A stretch of 64,000 nucleotides of DNA from an uncultured Clostridia bacterium (GCA_947646415.1 CANSGN010000001.1:3945-67944), one strand, 5' to 3'; positions 1 to 9,123 are shown, counted from the first letter of the stretch. The notes: generated from the sequence alone by a model not told the origin. Translations and numbers: made by a program.

Positions 1-516
1 ACTTTCGGAAAGATTGTATATTTCCTTTCCAAGCAATCTTGCCATAGAACATTCTGTATAATTGTCGGTAAAAATATTAAAGTCTAGGTTAATGCCTTTT
101 AAAAGGGTAGCAGTTGCTTTGCCGACTCTGCCGTATCCTAAAATGGCAATTTTTTGTTTGAATATTGATGTGTTTGTTCCGCGAATTATAAGCATCAAAG
201 CACCCTCTGCAGTTAAAAGCGCATTGTCCATAGCAAAAATTTCGTCTTTAAGCAAGTTGTGGTGGACGATATTTTTAGCATCTAAAATCTTCTTTTGCAT
301 ATCGTTTAAATTTCCGCAAAAAAGGTCGCTTTTTTCGGGGATATTCATAAGTTCGTCATTGGTAAATCGTTTTTGCGGTCCGTAGCAATAATAAGCACCG
401 CCACTTTCCGTGTTGTTTGCGATAGAGCAGACTTTGTATTTTTTATTTTGAAGATATCGCATTGTATAAAACATTCTTGTATCACTAGTATCAATTACAA
501 AGGTTGGCGTTTTCAT
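1..516 (-). CDS. dpaA: dipicolinate synthase subunit A, N-terminal part (3' end runs off the window)
   Basis: The reverse-strand frame is open to position 1. ATG at 516-514 is preceded by AGGAG. The translation MKTPTFVIDTSDTRMFYTMRYL...LLTAEGALMLIIRGT..KIAILGYGRVGKATATLL follows the SpoVFA/DpaA layout, with a GxGxxG loop after the N-terminal domain. It is missing from the ORF track because it has no in-window stop. Confidence 0.65.
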   Translation of the reverse strand, partial: MKTPTFVIDTSDTRMFYTMRYLQNKKYKVCSIANNTESGGAYYCYGPQKRFTNDELMNIPEKSDLFCGNLNDMQKKILDAKNIVHHNLLKDEIFAMDNALLTAEGALMLIIRGTNTSIFKQKIAILGYGRVGKATATLLKGINLDFNIFTDNYTECSMARLLGKEIYNLSES

Positions 517-603
517 ATAATTCTCCTATTGCTTGTTTCTACATACTATGAATAATGTACAATTCGTGTGTCAAATTCATATAGTGTAGTGGAGGATGAA
601 AAT

Positions 604-1623
604 ATGGAAAGATTACTAGTTGCCGGCAATACGGCAGATGGTTTTGTTAATTTATTCGGTGATTTTATAAAAGGCAGTCGGACTACATATTTGAAAGGCG
701 GTAGCGGTGTCGGTAAAAGCACCTTTATAAGAGAATTTGCAAAAAGAGCGGAAGACTTGGGGTATGAAACAATAAAAGTACCTTGCAGTAGCGATATAAA
801 TAGTTTGGATGCAGTAAAAGTTTTGGGGCTTAATTTGGTTATGTTGGATGCAACAAGCCCTCATGTTTTCGAGCCTGAGTTGTATGGCATTAGCGGGGAT
901 ATTTTTGATATTGGCAAATATTTAAACCCCGAAGTTTTAGCACCTAAAACAGGCATTTTAAAAGAGCTTTTGGAAACAAAAAAGCAGACATATAAATGTA
1001 TGTACAACGAGTTGAAGTGTGTTAAAAATCAATATCGTAATATAGATAATTTATACTATGCGTACTTTGACGAGGATGCTTTTAACAGTTTGGCAAAACA
1101 AATATTTGAAAGCTTGGACTTGACTTGTAGCGACAGCAAAATCAAAGCTTTTGCCGATTATATTGCAGGGGACGGTTATCATAATATTGTAAAAGAATAT
1201 GTGGGAGACCGCAAAGTTGTTTATATAAGCGGAAGATGTAGTTTGGCAAAATACTCCATTTTTGACTATATATGTTCGAGATTGGATAAGAAAAAAGTGA
1301 GATATGAGTGCTATTATACTATTTTAGACCCTACAAAAGTGTTTGCAATAGGCCTTAAAAATCTATTTTTGGTTTGTAGCGATAACGGAGAGGGATTTGA
1401 TACAGATAGCTGCTTTAATATGAGCAGAGTCCAAAATGATATACCTTTATTGCTTGAACACAGGCATTGCATAAACTACAATTTAAAAAGGGCGGGAGAC
1501 TATTACAAGCGTTCGAGAGTTGCTCATACCGAAATTGAAAAGGCATATTTACCTGCAATGGATTTTGCCGCTTTAGAGGTGGAAAAACAAAAATACTTGG
1601 ATAGTTTGTTTAGCAAATATTAA
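604..1623 (+). CDS. uncharacterized P-loop NTPase
   Basis: Walker A motif GGSGVGKST. ATG at 604 lies 7 nt after GGAGGA (591-596), so it is preferred over the GTG at 568. No further family assignment is possible by eye. Confidence 0.6.
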   Translation: MERLLVAGNTADGFVNLFGDFIKGSRTTYLKGGSGVGKSTFIREFAKRAEDLGYETIKVPCSSDINSLDAVKVLGLNLVMLDATSPHVFEPELYGISGDIFDIGKYLNPEVLAPKTGILKELLETKKQTYKCMYNELKCVKNQYRNIDNLYYAYFDEDAFNSLAKQIFESLDLTCSDSKIKAFADYIAGDGYHNIVKEYVGDRKVVYISGRCSLAKYSIFDYICSRLDKKKVRYECYYTILDPTKVFAIGLKNLFLVCSDNGEGFDTDSCFNMSRVQNDIPLLLEHRHCINYNLKRAGDYYKRSRVAHTEIEKAYLPAMDFAALEVEKQKYLDSLFSKY

Positions 1624-1676
1624 AACAATTTGTAATAAAGCACGGATACAATATGTTTAATTTTAAAATCAAGTTG

Positions 1677-1711
1677 CAGTTGCGGTATCAATCGCAACTG
1701 TGATTTGTTTT
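1677..1711 (+). terminator. intrinsic terminator after the P-loop NTPase gene
   Basis: Stem cagttgcg (1677-1684) pairs with cgcaactg (1693-1700), followed by a T-rich tract. Confidence 0.55.
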
Positions 1712-1904
1712 GTCGATTGTATGTGGTTTTGTAATGTATAAATTTACGATAGGTATTAAAATACAACGGAAAATAAGTTGTGTTAGGCAATAAAAAAAAT
1801 TGTTGTTAAAGTTAAAAAATCAATCGAAAATCGTGACTATTTTTAATTATTTGATGATTAGAATGTACATATTTAATAAAAAATTTTGTTGCTTGCGGAG
1901 AATA

Positions 1905-1934
1905 TTGACAAACCCAAGATATTTGGGGTATAAT
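1905..1934 (+). promoter_or_regulatory. sigma-A type promoter
   Basis: TTGACA (1905-1910), 18-nt spacer, TATAAT (1929-1934), about 40 nt upstream of the ATG at 1972. Confidence 0.55.
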
Positions 1935-1971
1935 ACAATAAATGATTTAGTATCATTAACAGGGGTAGTGT

Positions 1972-3078
1972 ATGATAAGTAGTAATATTATTACAGGTAA
2001 AGACTGTATAAACAGCAATTTGCAAAATTATTTGAATGACTATAAAAATATTTTGGTTATAAGTGATTTGAACGGGGATGTTTGCGGTGCCAAAAGTAAA
2101 GTCAAAAAAGTATTTGGCAAAAATGATAAGGTAACTTATTTTAAGCTAAAAGCTTGCGATTGTGCTCAAGTACAAACTATTGACAAAGTTGTTAAAATTG
2201 CAAAAGAAAGACAAACTGATTTGATTGTGAGCATAGGTACACACTCCGCTCATAATTTGGCAAAAACCGTAAAATATGTAATAATGAGAAATCGGGATAA
2301 TTTTGTAGATAGCGTTTTTTGTGAACAAGATGAAAACAATGTTCCCGATATTAAATTGATTTGTATTGCTGTATCTGCATGTAACCATCAAAATCTGTTG
2401 TCAGGATATTTTGAAGTTGAAGATAGTGCGACAAAAAGTATTTACCGCTTGAATAAAGATTTTGTAAAACCTATAACAGTTATGCTGGATGATAAGGTTT
2501 TGGATAAAGTAAGTAATATAGCAAAATTGGGTATGGAACTATCGGCAGCGATAACTGCACTTGCAGTAATTTCTTTTAGTGGAAATGAAGAGGATAAATT
2601 GTCTGCGATTTCGGCAGTTGATATTACAACAAAAAACAACGCAACTCTAAGCGATTTGTTTTTGGCACAAATGTATGCGGGAGCAAGTTTTTTAACTCTG
2701 CAAAACAATCTGCTTAACGAGTTTGTTATGAGTGTATGTTACTATACAGGACAAATCTATTCTTTAGTAATGTTACTTACAGTTAAAAATTGTGTACGAC
2801 ATTTTGTCGATAGACTAGACGTTAATGATATTAAAAAGTTGGGTTTGCCTTATGGGATAGAGTTGTCCGAAGATGAAATTTTGTGGAAAGATAGTTTTTA
2901 TAAAGTGATAGAGAGTAAGTTGAATAATTATTTTGCGGATAAAGATATTCCAAAAAAATTGAATGAAATAGGATTGAACTCTGATTTAATCGAAAAGATT
3001 TTTGAGGAACTAACGGTTAGTTTTGGGGAAAGTGAAGAACTTTCGAGATTGAAAGATAACGTTTATATGAATTATTGA
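1972..3078 (+). CDS. divergent iron-containing alcohol dehydrogenase / DHQ-synthase-fold family protein
   Basis: The 368-aa length and layout resemble Fe-ADH-like proteins (N-terminal Rossmann-like part, ...DLIVSIGTHSAHNLAK... where GGGSxxDxAK would be). The canonical glycine motif is degenerate, so the activity is unclear. Confidence 0.4.
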   Translation: MISSNIITGKDCINSNLQNYLNDYKNILVISDLNGDVCGAKSKVKKVFGKNDKVTYFKLKACDCAQVQTIDKVVKIAKERQTDLIVSIGTHSAHNLAKTVKYVIMRNRDNFVDSVFCEQDENNVPDIKLICIAVSACNHQNLLSGYFEVEDSATKSIYRLNKDFVKPITVMLDDKVLDKVSNIAKLGMELSAAITALAVISFSGNEEDKLSAISAVDITTKNNATLSDLFLAQMYAGASFLTLQNNLLNEFVMSVCYYTGQIYSLVMLLTVKNCVRHFVDRLDVNDIKKLGLPYGIELSEDEILWKDSFYKVIESKLNNYFADKDIPKKLNEIGLNSDLIEKIFEELTVSFGESEELSRLKDNVYMNY

Positions 3079-3098
3079 TAAATTTTATAGGTGATATT

Positions 3099-3506
3099 AT
3101 GGATATGGAAAAACTAAAAAACTTTTTTAAGGATGACACACTTGCTGTAACTATGGGTATACAAATAGTTTCTGCAAGTTTTGAAAAGACTGTTTGTGCT
3201 ATGATGGTAAGCGATGATTTTTTGAATGCAAAAGGCGGAGTGCACGGGGGAACTATTTATTCTTTAGCGGATTTCACTTTTGCGGTTGCTAGTAATTTGG
3301 GTGGCAAATTATCGGTTACGCTTGATGCGTCGGTAACTTATTTTAGACCTGCAAAAGATAGAAAGCTTGTTGCTACTGCAAAATTGGTAAGTTATACAAA
3401 ACACACTTGCAATTACAATATCGAGGTTGTTGACGGGGAAAATCGTTTGATAGCCGTAGTAAGTATGAACGGCTACAGGAACGATATTGATATAAATTTC
3501 GATTAA
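3099..3506 (+). CDS. PaaI-family hotdog-fold thioesterase
   Basis: Motif GGVHGGTIYSLADFTFAVA, about 135 aa. ATG at 3099 follows AGGTGA, so the TTG at 3075 in the track is less likely. Confidence 0.75.
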   Translation: MDMEKLKNFFKDDTLAVTMGIQIVSASFEKTVCAMMVSDDFLNAKGGVHGGTIYSLADFTFAVASNLGGKLSVTLDASVTYFRPAKDRKLVATAKLVSYTKHTCNYNIEVVDGENRLIAVVSMNGYRNDIDINFD

Positions 3507-3520
3507 TTTAGATAATTTGC

Positions 3521-3619
3521 TTTACAAAAAAATTTTATTTTGTTATAATACATTTGTTTGAGCTTGTGCTCAATCCTTACTCTCGTTTAAGAGAGTCAAA
3601 GACCATAAGGAGGTGCTAT
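3521..3619 (+). promoter_or_regulatory. rpsF-ssb-rpsR promoter and structured 5' leader
   Basis: TTTACA (3521-3526), 17-nt spacer, TATAAT (3544-3549). The leader contains the hairpin ctctc-gtttaa-gagag just before the RBS. This fits the S6:S18 autoregulatory leaders known in Firmicutes, but that link is inference. Confidence 0.45.
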
Positions 3620-3904
3620 ATGTCTAAATACGAAATTCTTTACATTATCAATGCAAACGCAAGCGACGATGCAAAACAAGCTGTTATTGATAAATTGGAG
3701 AGCATTGTTACAGGCAATGGTGGCACAGTTGAAAATATTGACAAATGGGGTATTAAGAAATTTGCTTATACTCTAAGCGATTATTCAACTGAGGGTTACT
3801 ATGTGCTTATGAACTTTGAGGCAGACGAGAATGTTCCCGCTTTGCTAAACAGACAAGTTCAAATCATGGACGATGCAAAAAGATGTATGATTATTAAAAA
3901 GTAA
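3620..3904 (+). CDS. rpsF: 30S ribosomal protein S6
   Basis: MSKYEILYIINAN...KWGIKKFAY.. is typical S6. AAGGAGG RBS before the ATG at 3620; the track ORF starts upstream at 3554. Confidence 0.95.
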   Translation: MSKYEILYIINANASDDAKQAVIDKLESIVTGNGGTVENIDKWGIKKFAYTLSDYSTEGYYVLMNFEADENVPALLNRQVQIMDDAKRCMIIKK

Positions 3905-3925
3905 GCCTATTTAAAGGAGTAAATT

Positions 3926-4318
3926 ATGAACAAAATTCAAATTATTGGCAGATTAACTGCAGACCCGGAACTTAGAAGTACCGGTAGCGGTGTGCAAGTT
4001 TGTTCTTTTACTGTAGCAGTAAATCGCAGATTTAACAGAGAGGAAACAGATTTTTTCCCTGTTACTGTATGGAGGGAGGCTGCTGTAAATTGCAACAAAT
4101 TTTTAGCAAAAGGAAGCCAAGTAGGAGTATGTGGGTCACTTCAAATAAGAAGATATGACGATAAAGACGGTATTAAACGTACTGCAATAGATTTGCAAGC
4201 TGACGAAGTTGAGTTTTTATCTGCAAGAAATGAAAGTGCACCGGCTTCTCCAAACAATAAACCTGAAGTCAAAGTTTCAGAGCTTGACGAAGTTGAAGAT
4301 GACGATATGCCATTTTAA
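3926..4318 (+). CDS. ssb: single-stranded DNA-binding protein
   Basis: OB-fold N-terminus [17 protein letters not shown] and an acidic C-terminal tip DDDMPF. Sits between rpsF and rpsR as in other Firmicutes. Confidence 0.95.
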   Translation: MNKIQIIGRLTADPELRSTGSGVQVCSFTVAVNRRFNREETDFFPVTVWREAAVNCNKFLAKGSQVGVCGSLQIRRYDDKDGIKRTAIDLQADEVEFLSARNESAPASPNNKPEVKVSELDEVEDDDMPF

Positions 4319-4353
4319 TAAGGTTTATTAATATTTTTATAAGGAGATTGACC

Positions 4354-4599
4354 ATGGAAGATAAGAATGTAAAACGCCCTGTAAAGAAAATGCCAAGGAA
4401 AAAGGTTTGTGTTTTCTGTGTTGAAAAAATTGACGAGTTAGACTATAAGGATGTAGCTAAACTTAAGAAATTTATCACAGAAAAAGGAAAAATCCTTCCA
4501 AGAAGAATGAGCGGTGTATGTGCTAAACATCAAAGAATGGTAGCTACTGCTGTTAAAAGAGCAAGAGTTATGGCACTAATTCCATACAGAGCTGACTAA
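4354..4599 (+). CDS. rpsR: 30S ribosomal protein S18
   Basis: ...KVCVFC...[32 protein letters not shown] at 4354 lies 7 nt after AAGGAG. Confidence 0.95.
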   Translation: MEDKNVKRPVKKMPRKKVCVFCVEKIDELDYKDVAKLKKFITEKGKILPRRMSGVCAKHQRMVATAVKRARVMALIPYRAD

Positions 4600-4616
4600 T
4601 AAATAAAAAATCAAAG

Positions 4617-4640
4617 TCCCACTTTATAGTGGGATTTTTT
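4617..4640 (+). terminator. intrinsic terminator of the rpsF operon
   Basis: tcccac (4617-4622) pairs with gtggga (4629-4634), followed by TTTTTT. Confidence 0.8.
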
Positions 4641-4800
4641 ATGTTCGTTTTAATTTTTTATAATACTTATTTGGATTGGACTTTTAGTGATATTTTAACA
4701 AATAGTGATTTGTGAGTATTTACTTATACTAAACAGTAATTATTTAAGCCAAAATATTTCTAATAATTGTATAATAAATAACTGACTTAAAAAATAAAAT

Positions 4801-4840
4801 ACACCCCGAAACATTGTGTTTTGGGGTGTTGCTTTTTGTG
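4801..4840. terminator. bidirectional intrinsic terminator at the cassette edge (copy 1)
   Basis: 12-bp stem acaccccgaaac / gttttggggtgt (4801-4829). T-runs flank it on both strands: tgcTTTTTgtg on +, aTTTTaTTTTTT on -. Confidence 0.75.
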
Positions 4841-4939
4841 TAAAGTTTAAAGTAGGCAAAAAGTGGTGTTCACTGCAATAATCCTGTCAAAAATCGGGAC
4901 TATTTGGGGTAAAAATTTGCCTTAAATGTAAAGTTTAGG

Positions 4940-5114
4940 TACATGGAATAAGTATATCTATGTACATATTATATATTTATTATAGGGTCATAAGTAAACT
5001 TTTGTCAACATTTAATTAAACATTTTGTAATATCTTTACAAAAAAGCTACAAAAACTTTAAAAAACTTTTCAAAAAAACTCCCATTTTGTACATAGATAT
5101 ACTTATTCTATGTA
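4940..5114. promoter_or_regulatory. candidate invertible promoter segment (copy 1)
   Basis: Left IR at 4940-4966 (tacatggaataagtatatctatgtaca) and right IR at 5088-5114 (tgtacatagatatacttattctatgta) match 26/27 as reverse complements and enclose 121 bp. On the minus strand, TTGACA (5008-5003), an 18-nt spacer and TATAAT (4984-4979) point away from the ATG at 5137. Confidence 0.6.
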
Positions 5115-5136
5115 AGCTATAAACGGAGGTTTTATT

Positions 5137-8097
5137 ATGGCAAAGATAATAAAAAGAGCGGGAATGATATTTTTTGTGTCAGTAATATCTTGTCTAATAG
5201 CTTTGGGTTGTATACTTACAATGCAAGTTGCTGAAAGCAACAATAATGGTATTGTAAATGCAGACACACAAAATAACATTTATACTAGCCAAAATAACGA
5301 GGATTATAAGACGAATTTTGATAGTACAACTTATGAAATCCCTGATGCGGAAAATGAGTTTGTCTTGGACTGTGATTGCCCGGATGGCGAGCCGTGTATG
5401 TGCGGTAATATGGAAAGTATTTGGATAAATGCAATTACAAAATCCCAAGAAACGGGTAAAAACGTCATGGTTGTTTTAGAAAGGGATTGGATTGCAAAAC
5501 TTGTAAATAATAACATGGTGTTTGGCTTAGGAGAAATTTGGAATGAAGGTCGTATTGCAATAGAGGATGGCGTCAATATAACTTTAGATTTAAACGGACA
5601 TACTATTGATAGAAAAATGACTGCTGATTTTTCAGCAGGTGTTTTAGATAGAGGTTGTGTAATTATTGTTTACGGAATTTTAAATTTAATTGACAGCAAA
5701 TACGATTCCGTAAAAATAAATAATGATTTCAATGCAATTAGAGCGTCAAAAAGCTTATTGACCGAATATTTGGAAAATTTAGAAATAGGTAGAATTACAG
5801 GTGGTTATAAAGAGACGGGTAACGGCGGAGGTGCTATTTATTGTAATGGTACACTAAATATTTATGGCGGTATGTTTACAGGTAACTATGGAACAAATGC
5901 CGGGGCAATTTACGGGGATAGCAATAGTCAGATAAATATTTATGATGGCATAGTAGCGAATAATAACGGTTATTATGTTGGTGGCGTTTATTCAAATTGC
6001 ATTTTAAACATTTATGGCGGAATTTATTTTAATAATGTCCAACTAGAGACATCGATACTTGCAACAAATCAAGGTGGGGCGGTATGTTATATGAATAAAA
6101 ATCGTGATTTTAATTTGTATGGCGGTAGATTTTTGTATAATGTCGGAAAAAATGGAGGAGGTATAAACATTGGTGCAGCGAAAAATGCAAATATATATAA
6201 TGCTACAATCGAATTTAACCAATCTGAAGTTAGTGGCGGCGGTTTAGCTATTCATCAAGTAAGTCAAACAAATATATATAATATAAAAATGGAAAATAAT
6301 ATAGCTTTGAACAGCGGCGGCGCAATTTACAGCGGTATATCAAGCATGGCATTAAATATTTACGATTGTGAAATAGACAATAATGGTGCAAGCGTGGAAG
6401 CTGGTGGTATATATACCGAGCATTCGATTAACTTATACGGTGGAAAAATTTACTCTAACAATTCAACAGGCTATGCGGGCGGAATATATAATGCTTCCTC
6501 CAATGTAGATGATTTGATACAAAAAGGATTTAATATCTATGGCGGTGTGCAAATATTTAACAATGTTACCGTACATGGTACATCCAATTTATATTTAAAG
6601 AATGACCAAAAAATATTTGTAAAAGGTGGATTGCATAATTCTGATGGCATTGCACATATAGGTGTAACACTGGCAGCAGATTACGGGGATGTGGAATTTA
6701 CATACTCAAAACTAAATAATAATTCACTAATGACTAAAGATGCGGATATGTATTTTTATTCGGATGTTAGTGGTTATTATGTAGAAACAACTACAGATAA
6801 GGAAGCCATAATGAAAGCAGGAACTCCTACATTGACCGAAATAACTTGGAGTTGGGGAGAATCCGAAGATTGCTCAACTACATCAAATTATGCAATTTTA
6901 AATTACAGTGGCAATGAGTTTACAATAACAACTTCTTTTGGGAAATTTTATAATGGTTCAGATTGGGGAATGAGTAGTTGCAATATTAAAAAAGCAGGAG
7001 AATATGTTTTTTATGTTAATGGAACTAATATAAAAAATCCTACTTTTACTTTAAAAATTGTCCCTGCTTATGTCGAGGTAGAATGGCAAAATGAGGATTT
7101 AGTTTATTCAGGATATAGTCAATCGATTCAAGCTAATTTAAAAGGTGTTTTGGGGAATGACGATTGTAGTGCTGTTGTTTCCGGCTCAGGTAAAGATGTC
7201 GGTAAATATATGAGCACTGTATCAGGATTGAGCGGAGTAGATAGTGGCAATTATCGTTTATTAAATAGTGTTTCCCAAACTTTTAACATTGTAAAAGCCA
7301 AATTGGAAAAACCAAAGGGTAGCGGCACATTTGAGTATGACGGAAGCGAAAAAGAATATATCCCAAACGGCTATAATAATGTGACAATGAATATAACAGG
7401 TAATAAAGCTACAGCAGTGGGTAATTACAATGCAACAGTATCACTAAAAGATAAGTATAACTATGTGTGGAATGACGGAGGAGTGGAAGATATAGTACTA
7501 CCATACTCAGTAACATTGACCCCACCTGTAGACGATGATGATAGTGAGTATAAGTTTATCTATATAGATAATGATGACGGAAAGCAAGTAAGAAAGACAT
7601 ACAAGCAAGGCGGCTTGGTACACGGTATAAACGATGGCGGAGTTAATGGCGGAAAATTGGTACTAGGCAATGTAAAGCCGAACACAAGTGTAAAAAGCTT
7701 TATACAAACCTTAGGATTTGAACAAAGCAAAATAACAATAAAGGATAGCAAGGGAAAGGATATATTTAAGGACGGAACCCCTGTTGATGCAAGTAAGTTT
7801 GATAACGGCAAAGAGCTAGCAGTAGGAACAGGCTGGAGTGTAGAGTACCAAAACAACGGGAATACGGAGACAATCTATATATCGGTATTAGGCGATGTGA
7901 ACGGAGATGGCAGGATAAGTGCAAGCGATGTATCCTACTTAAGACAAATAGCAAGTGACAACGCGTTATACGAAAGCTTAAGCGTGGAAAAGAAGTTAGC
8001 AAGTATGGTAATAAACAAAGGCAACGTGACAAGCGCGGATGCGGAAATAGTAAAAAATGTAATAAACAAAATGTTTGGAATAGATATTTTCTTTTAA
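5137..8097 (+). CDS. secreted repeat protein: N-terminal signal/anchor, GGxIY beta-helix repeats (Pmp-like), YDG/Ig-like modules, one C-terminal dockerin-like module
   Basis: GGAGG RBS at 5125-5129. Hydrophobic N-terminus MAKIIKRAGMIFFVSVISCLIALGC. Many GGGAIY/GGVYS...N repeats. C-terminus is LGDVNGDGRISASDVSYLRQIA...NKGNVTSADAEIV, an EF-hand-like dockerin pair. Paralog of 39596, 43252 and 57177. Confidence 0.8.
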   Translation: MAKIIKRAGMIFFVSVISCLIALGCILTMQVAESNNNGIVNADTQNNIYTSQNNEDYKTNFDSTTYEIPDAENEFVLDCDCPDGEPCMCGNMESIWINAITKSQETGKNVMVVLERDWIAKLVNNNMVFGLGEIWNEGRIAIEDGVNITLDLNGHTIDRKMTADFSAGVLDRGCVIIVYGILNLIDSKYDSVKINNDFNAIRASKSLLTEYLENLEIGRITGGYKETGNGGGAIYCNGTLNIYGGMFTGNYGTNAGAIYGDSNSQINIYDGIVANNNGYYVGGVYSNCILNIYGGIYFNNVQLETSILATNQGGAVCYMNKNRDFNLYGGRFLYNVGKNGGGINIGAAKNANIYNATIEFNQSEVSGGGLAIHQVSQTNIYNIKMENNIALNSGGAIYSGISSMALNIYDCEIDNNGASVEAGGIYTEHSINLYGGKIYSNNSTGYAGGIYNASSNVDDLIQKGFNIYGGVQIFNNVTVHGTSNLYLKNDQKIFVKGGLHNSDGIAHIGVTLAADYGDVEFTYSKLNNNSLMTKDADMYFYSDVSGYYVETTTDKEAIMKAGTPTLTEITWSWGESEDCSTTSNYAILNYSGNEFTITTSFGKFYNGSDWGMSSCNIKKAGEYVFYVNGTNIKNPTFTLKIVPAYVEVEWQNEDLVYSGYSQSIQANLKGVLGNDDCSAVVSGSGKDVGKYMSTVSGLSGVDSGNYRLLNSVSQTFNIVKAKLEKPKGSGTFEYDGSEKEYIPNGYNNVTMNITGNKATAVGNYNATVSLKDKYNYVWNDGGVEDIVLPYSVTLTPPVDDDDSEYKFIYIDNDDGKQVRKTYKQGGLVHGINDGGVNGGKLVLGNVKPNTSVKSFIQTLGFEQSKITIKDSKGKDIFKDGTPVDASKFDNGKELAVGTGWSVEYQNNGNTETIYISVLGDVNGDGRISASDVSYLRQIASDNALYESLSVEKKLASMVINKGNVTSADAEIVKNVINKMFGIDIFF

Positions 8098-8110
8098 GAA
8101 AACTGCAAAC

Positions 8111-8145
8111 AAAACAAGGTCAAATATTTGACCTTGTTTTATTAT
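8111..8145 (+). terminator. intrinsic terminator
   Basis: aaaacaaggtca (8111-8122) pairs with tgaccttgtttt (8129-8140), followed by a T-rich tail. Confidence 0.8.
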
Positions 8146-8388
8146 TTTTCAACAAATAACCTTGCGAAAATCGAGGGTAAATTATATTATTTAGTATATG
8201 ATTATATTTATAGATATTTGCAAAATATATAAAAATCAAACTTTCATTAATAAATAAAACGATATATTTTCATTTGATAGTTAAGCATTTGTCTGATTAT
8301 TAAAATACTACGTCCTAAATATATTTTAAGTATATTTAGGAAATAAAAAAATTATTAGAAAAATAGGTAAAAATTTGCTTAAAAAATA

Positions 8389-8417
8389 TTGAATTTTTAC
8401 ACGAAATGTGGTATACT
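8389..8417 (+). promoter_or_regulatory. sigma-A type promoter of the TetR gene
   Basis: TTGAAT (8389-8394), 17-nt spacer, TATACT (8412-8417). Confidence 0.45.
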
Positions 8418-8454
8418 TAATAAAATACTAACGAACTAATAAATGGAGTAACTT

Positions 8455-9039
8455 ATGAGAACGGACAGCAGACCTTTAAAGACTAAAAAAAGTATTAAAC
8501 AAGCTCTTTTGATTTTGTTAAAAGAAAAAGATATTTCCTGCATTACCATAAGCGAATTGGCAATAGCCGCAGGTGTAAGCAGAAAGACTTTTTATTTGCA
8601 TTACAGGGATATTTCGGAGATTTTGGACGAAATAAAAAATGATTTATTGGATTTGTTTAACGAAAGCGTGATGAAAGAAAGACGCGTAGGTTTTCGTGTA
8701 CGTATGCTAAACTTTATCAATAATATTGTAAAAAGAGTAAATGCGGACGAAAGATATTATGCTTTAATGGCAAGTTCCAACTATGCCAAAATCATTTTTG
8801 ACCCGCTAGAGGATAAATTAAAAGAGGAATTGATATTTGCTTTGGATACTGAAACCAAGCTAGAGCAGGAAAAGAAAGAATGTCTTGTAGATTTTATGAT
8901 TGGCGGAATTATTAATAGTGTTTTAAAATGGGCAAAAAAACCTGATGGAATATCTACCGAGGCTCAATCGAATATTTTGTTTGAAATTATCAACAACAAT
9001 GTTGCATGCTATTTAAACAATGACATTAACGGATATTGA
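8455..9039 (+). CDS. TetR/AcrR family transcriptional regulator
   Basis: The N-terminal HTH ...ITISELAIAAGVSRKTFYLHYRDI... is typical of TetR_N; 194 aa. Confidence 0.85.
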   Translation: MRTDSRPLKTKKSIKQALLILLKEKDISCITISELAIAAGVSRKTFYLHYRDISEILDEIKNDLLDLFNESVMKERRVGFRVRMLNFINNIVKRVNADERYYALMASSNYAKIIFDPLEDKLKEELIFALDTETKLEQEKKECLVDFMIGGIINSVLKWAKKPDGISTEAQSNILFEIINNNVACYLNNDINGY

Positions 9040-9123
9040 TATTTATAGTTGGTAATAAATATTACGGTTTTAATTGTATATATAAAGGAATACAATTTAA
9101 TAAGTATTATTTTGGAGGATTAT

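Larger units (their letters stand above)
4790..5136. repeat. switch cassette copy 1 (about 350-bp conserved unit upstream of a surface-protein gene)
   Basis: Colinear and near-identical with 39250-39595, 42906-43251 and 56831-57176. All four copies share the same offsets: hairpin start to left IR is 139 nt, and left IR start to ATG is 197 nt. Confidence 0.95.

Noticed and set aside
62-555. Plus-strand ORFs 62-385 and 373-555 from the track
   Set aside because: They lie antisense to a much better reverse-strand reading frame (the dpaA-like gene, with RBS and recognisable motifs) and have no RBS or recognisable motif of their own.
5002-5031. Plus-strand promoter inside the switch (TTGTCA-18-TGTAAT), which would mean the assembled state is ON
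   Set aside because: It is much weaker than the perfect minus-strand TTGACA-18-TATAAT that shares the same -35 region, and the -10 degrades to TGTAAA in copies 3/4. I kept it as a caveat, not a call.
5137-8097. Calling the dockerin-bearing proteins cellulosomal enzymes
   Set aside because: No glycoside hydrolase, CBM or cohesin domains are visible in these proteins or nearby. Only the Ca-binding-loop pattern of the C-terminal modules supports the dockerin-like label.
8314-8340. Perfect 10-bp inverted repeat cctaaatata/tatatttagg upstream of the TetR gene as its operator
   Set aside because: It lies about 50 nt upstream of the predicted -35 rather than overlapping the promoter, and it is AT-only sequence in an AT-rich spacer. 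That is insufficient evidence.
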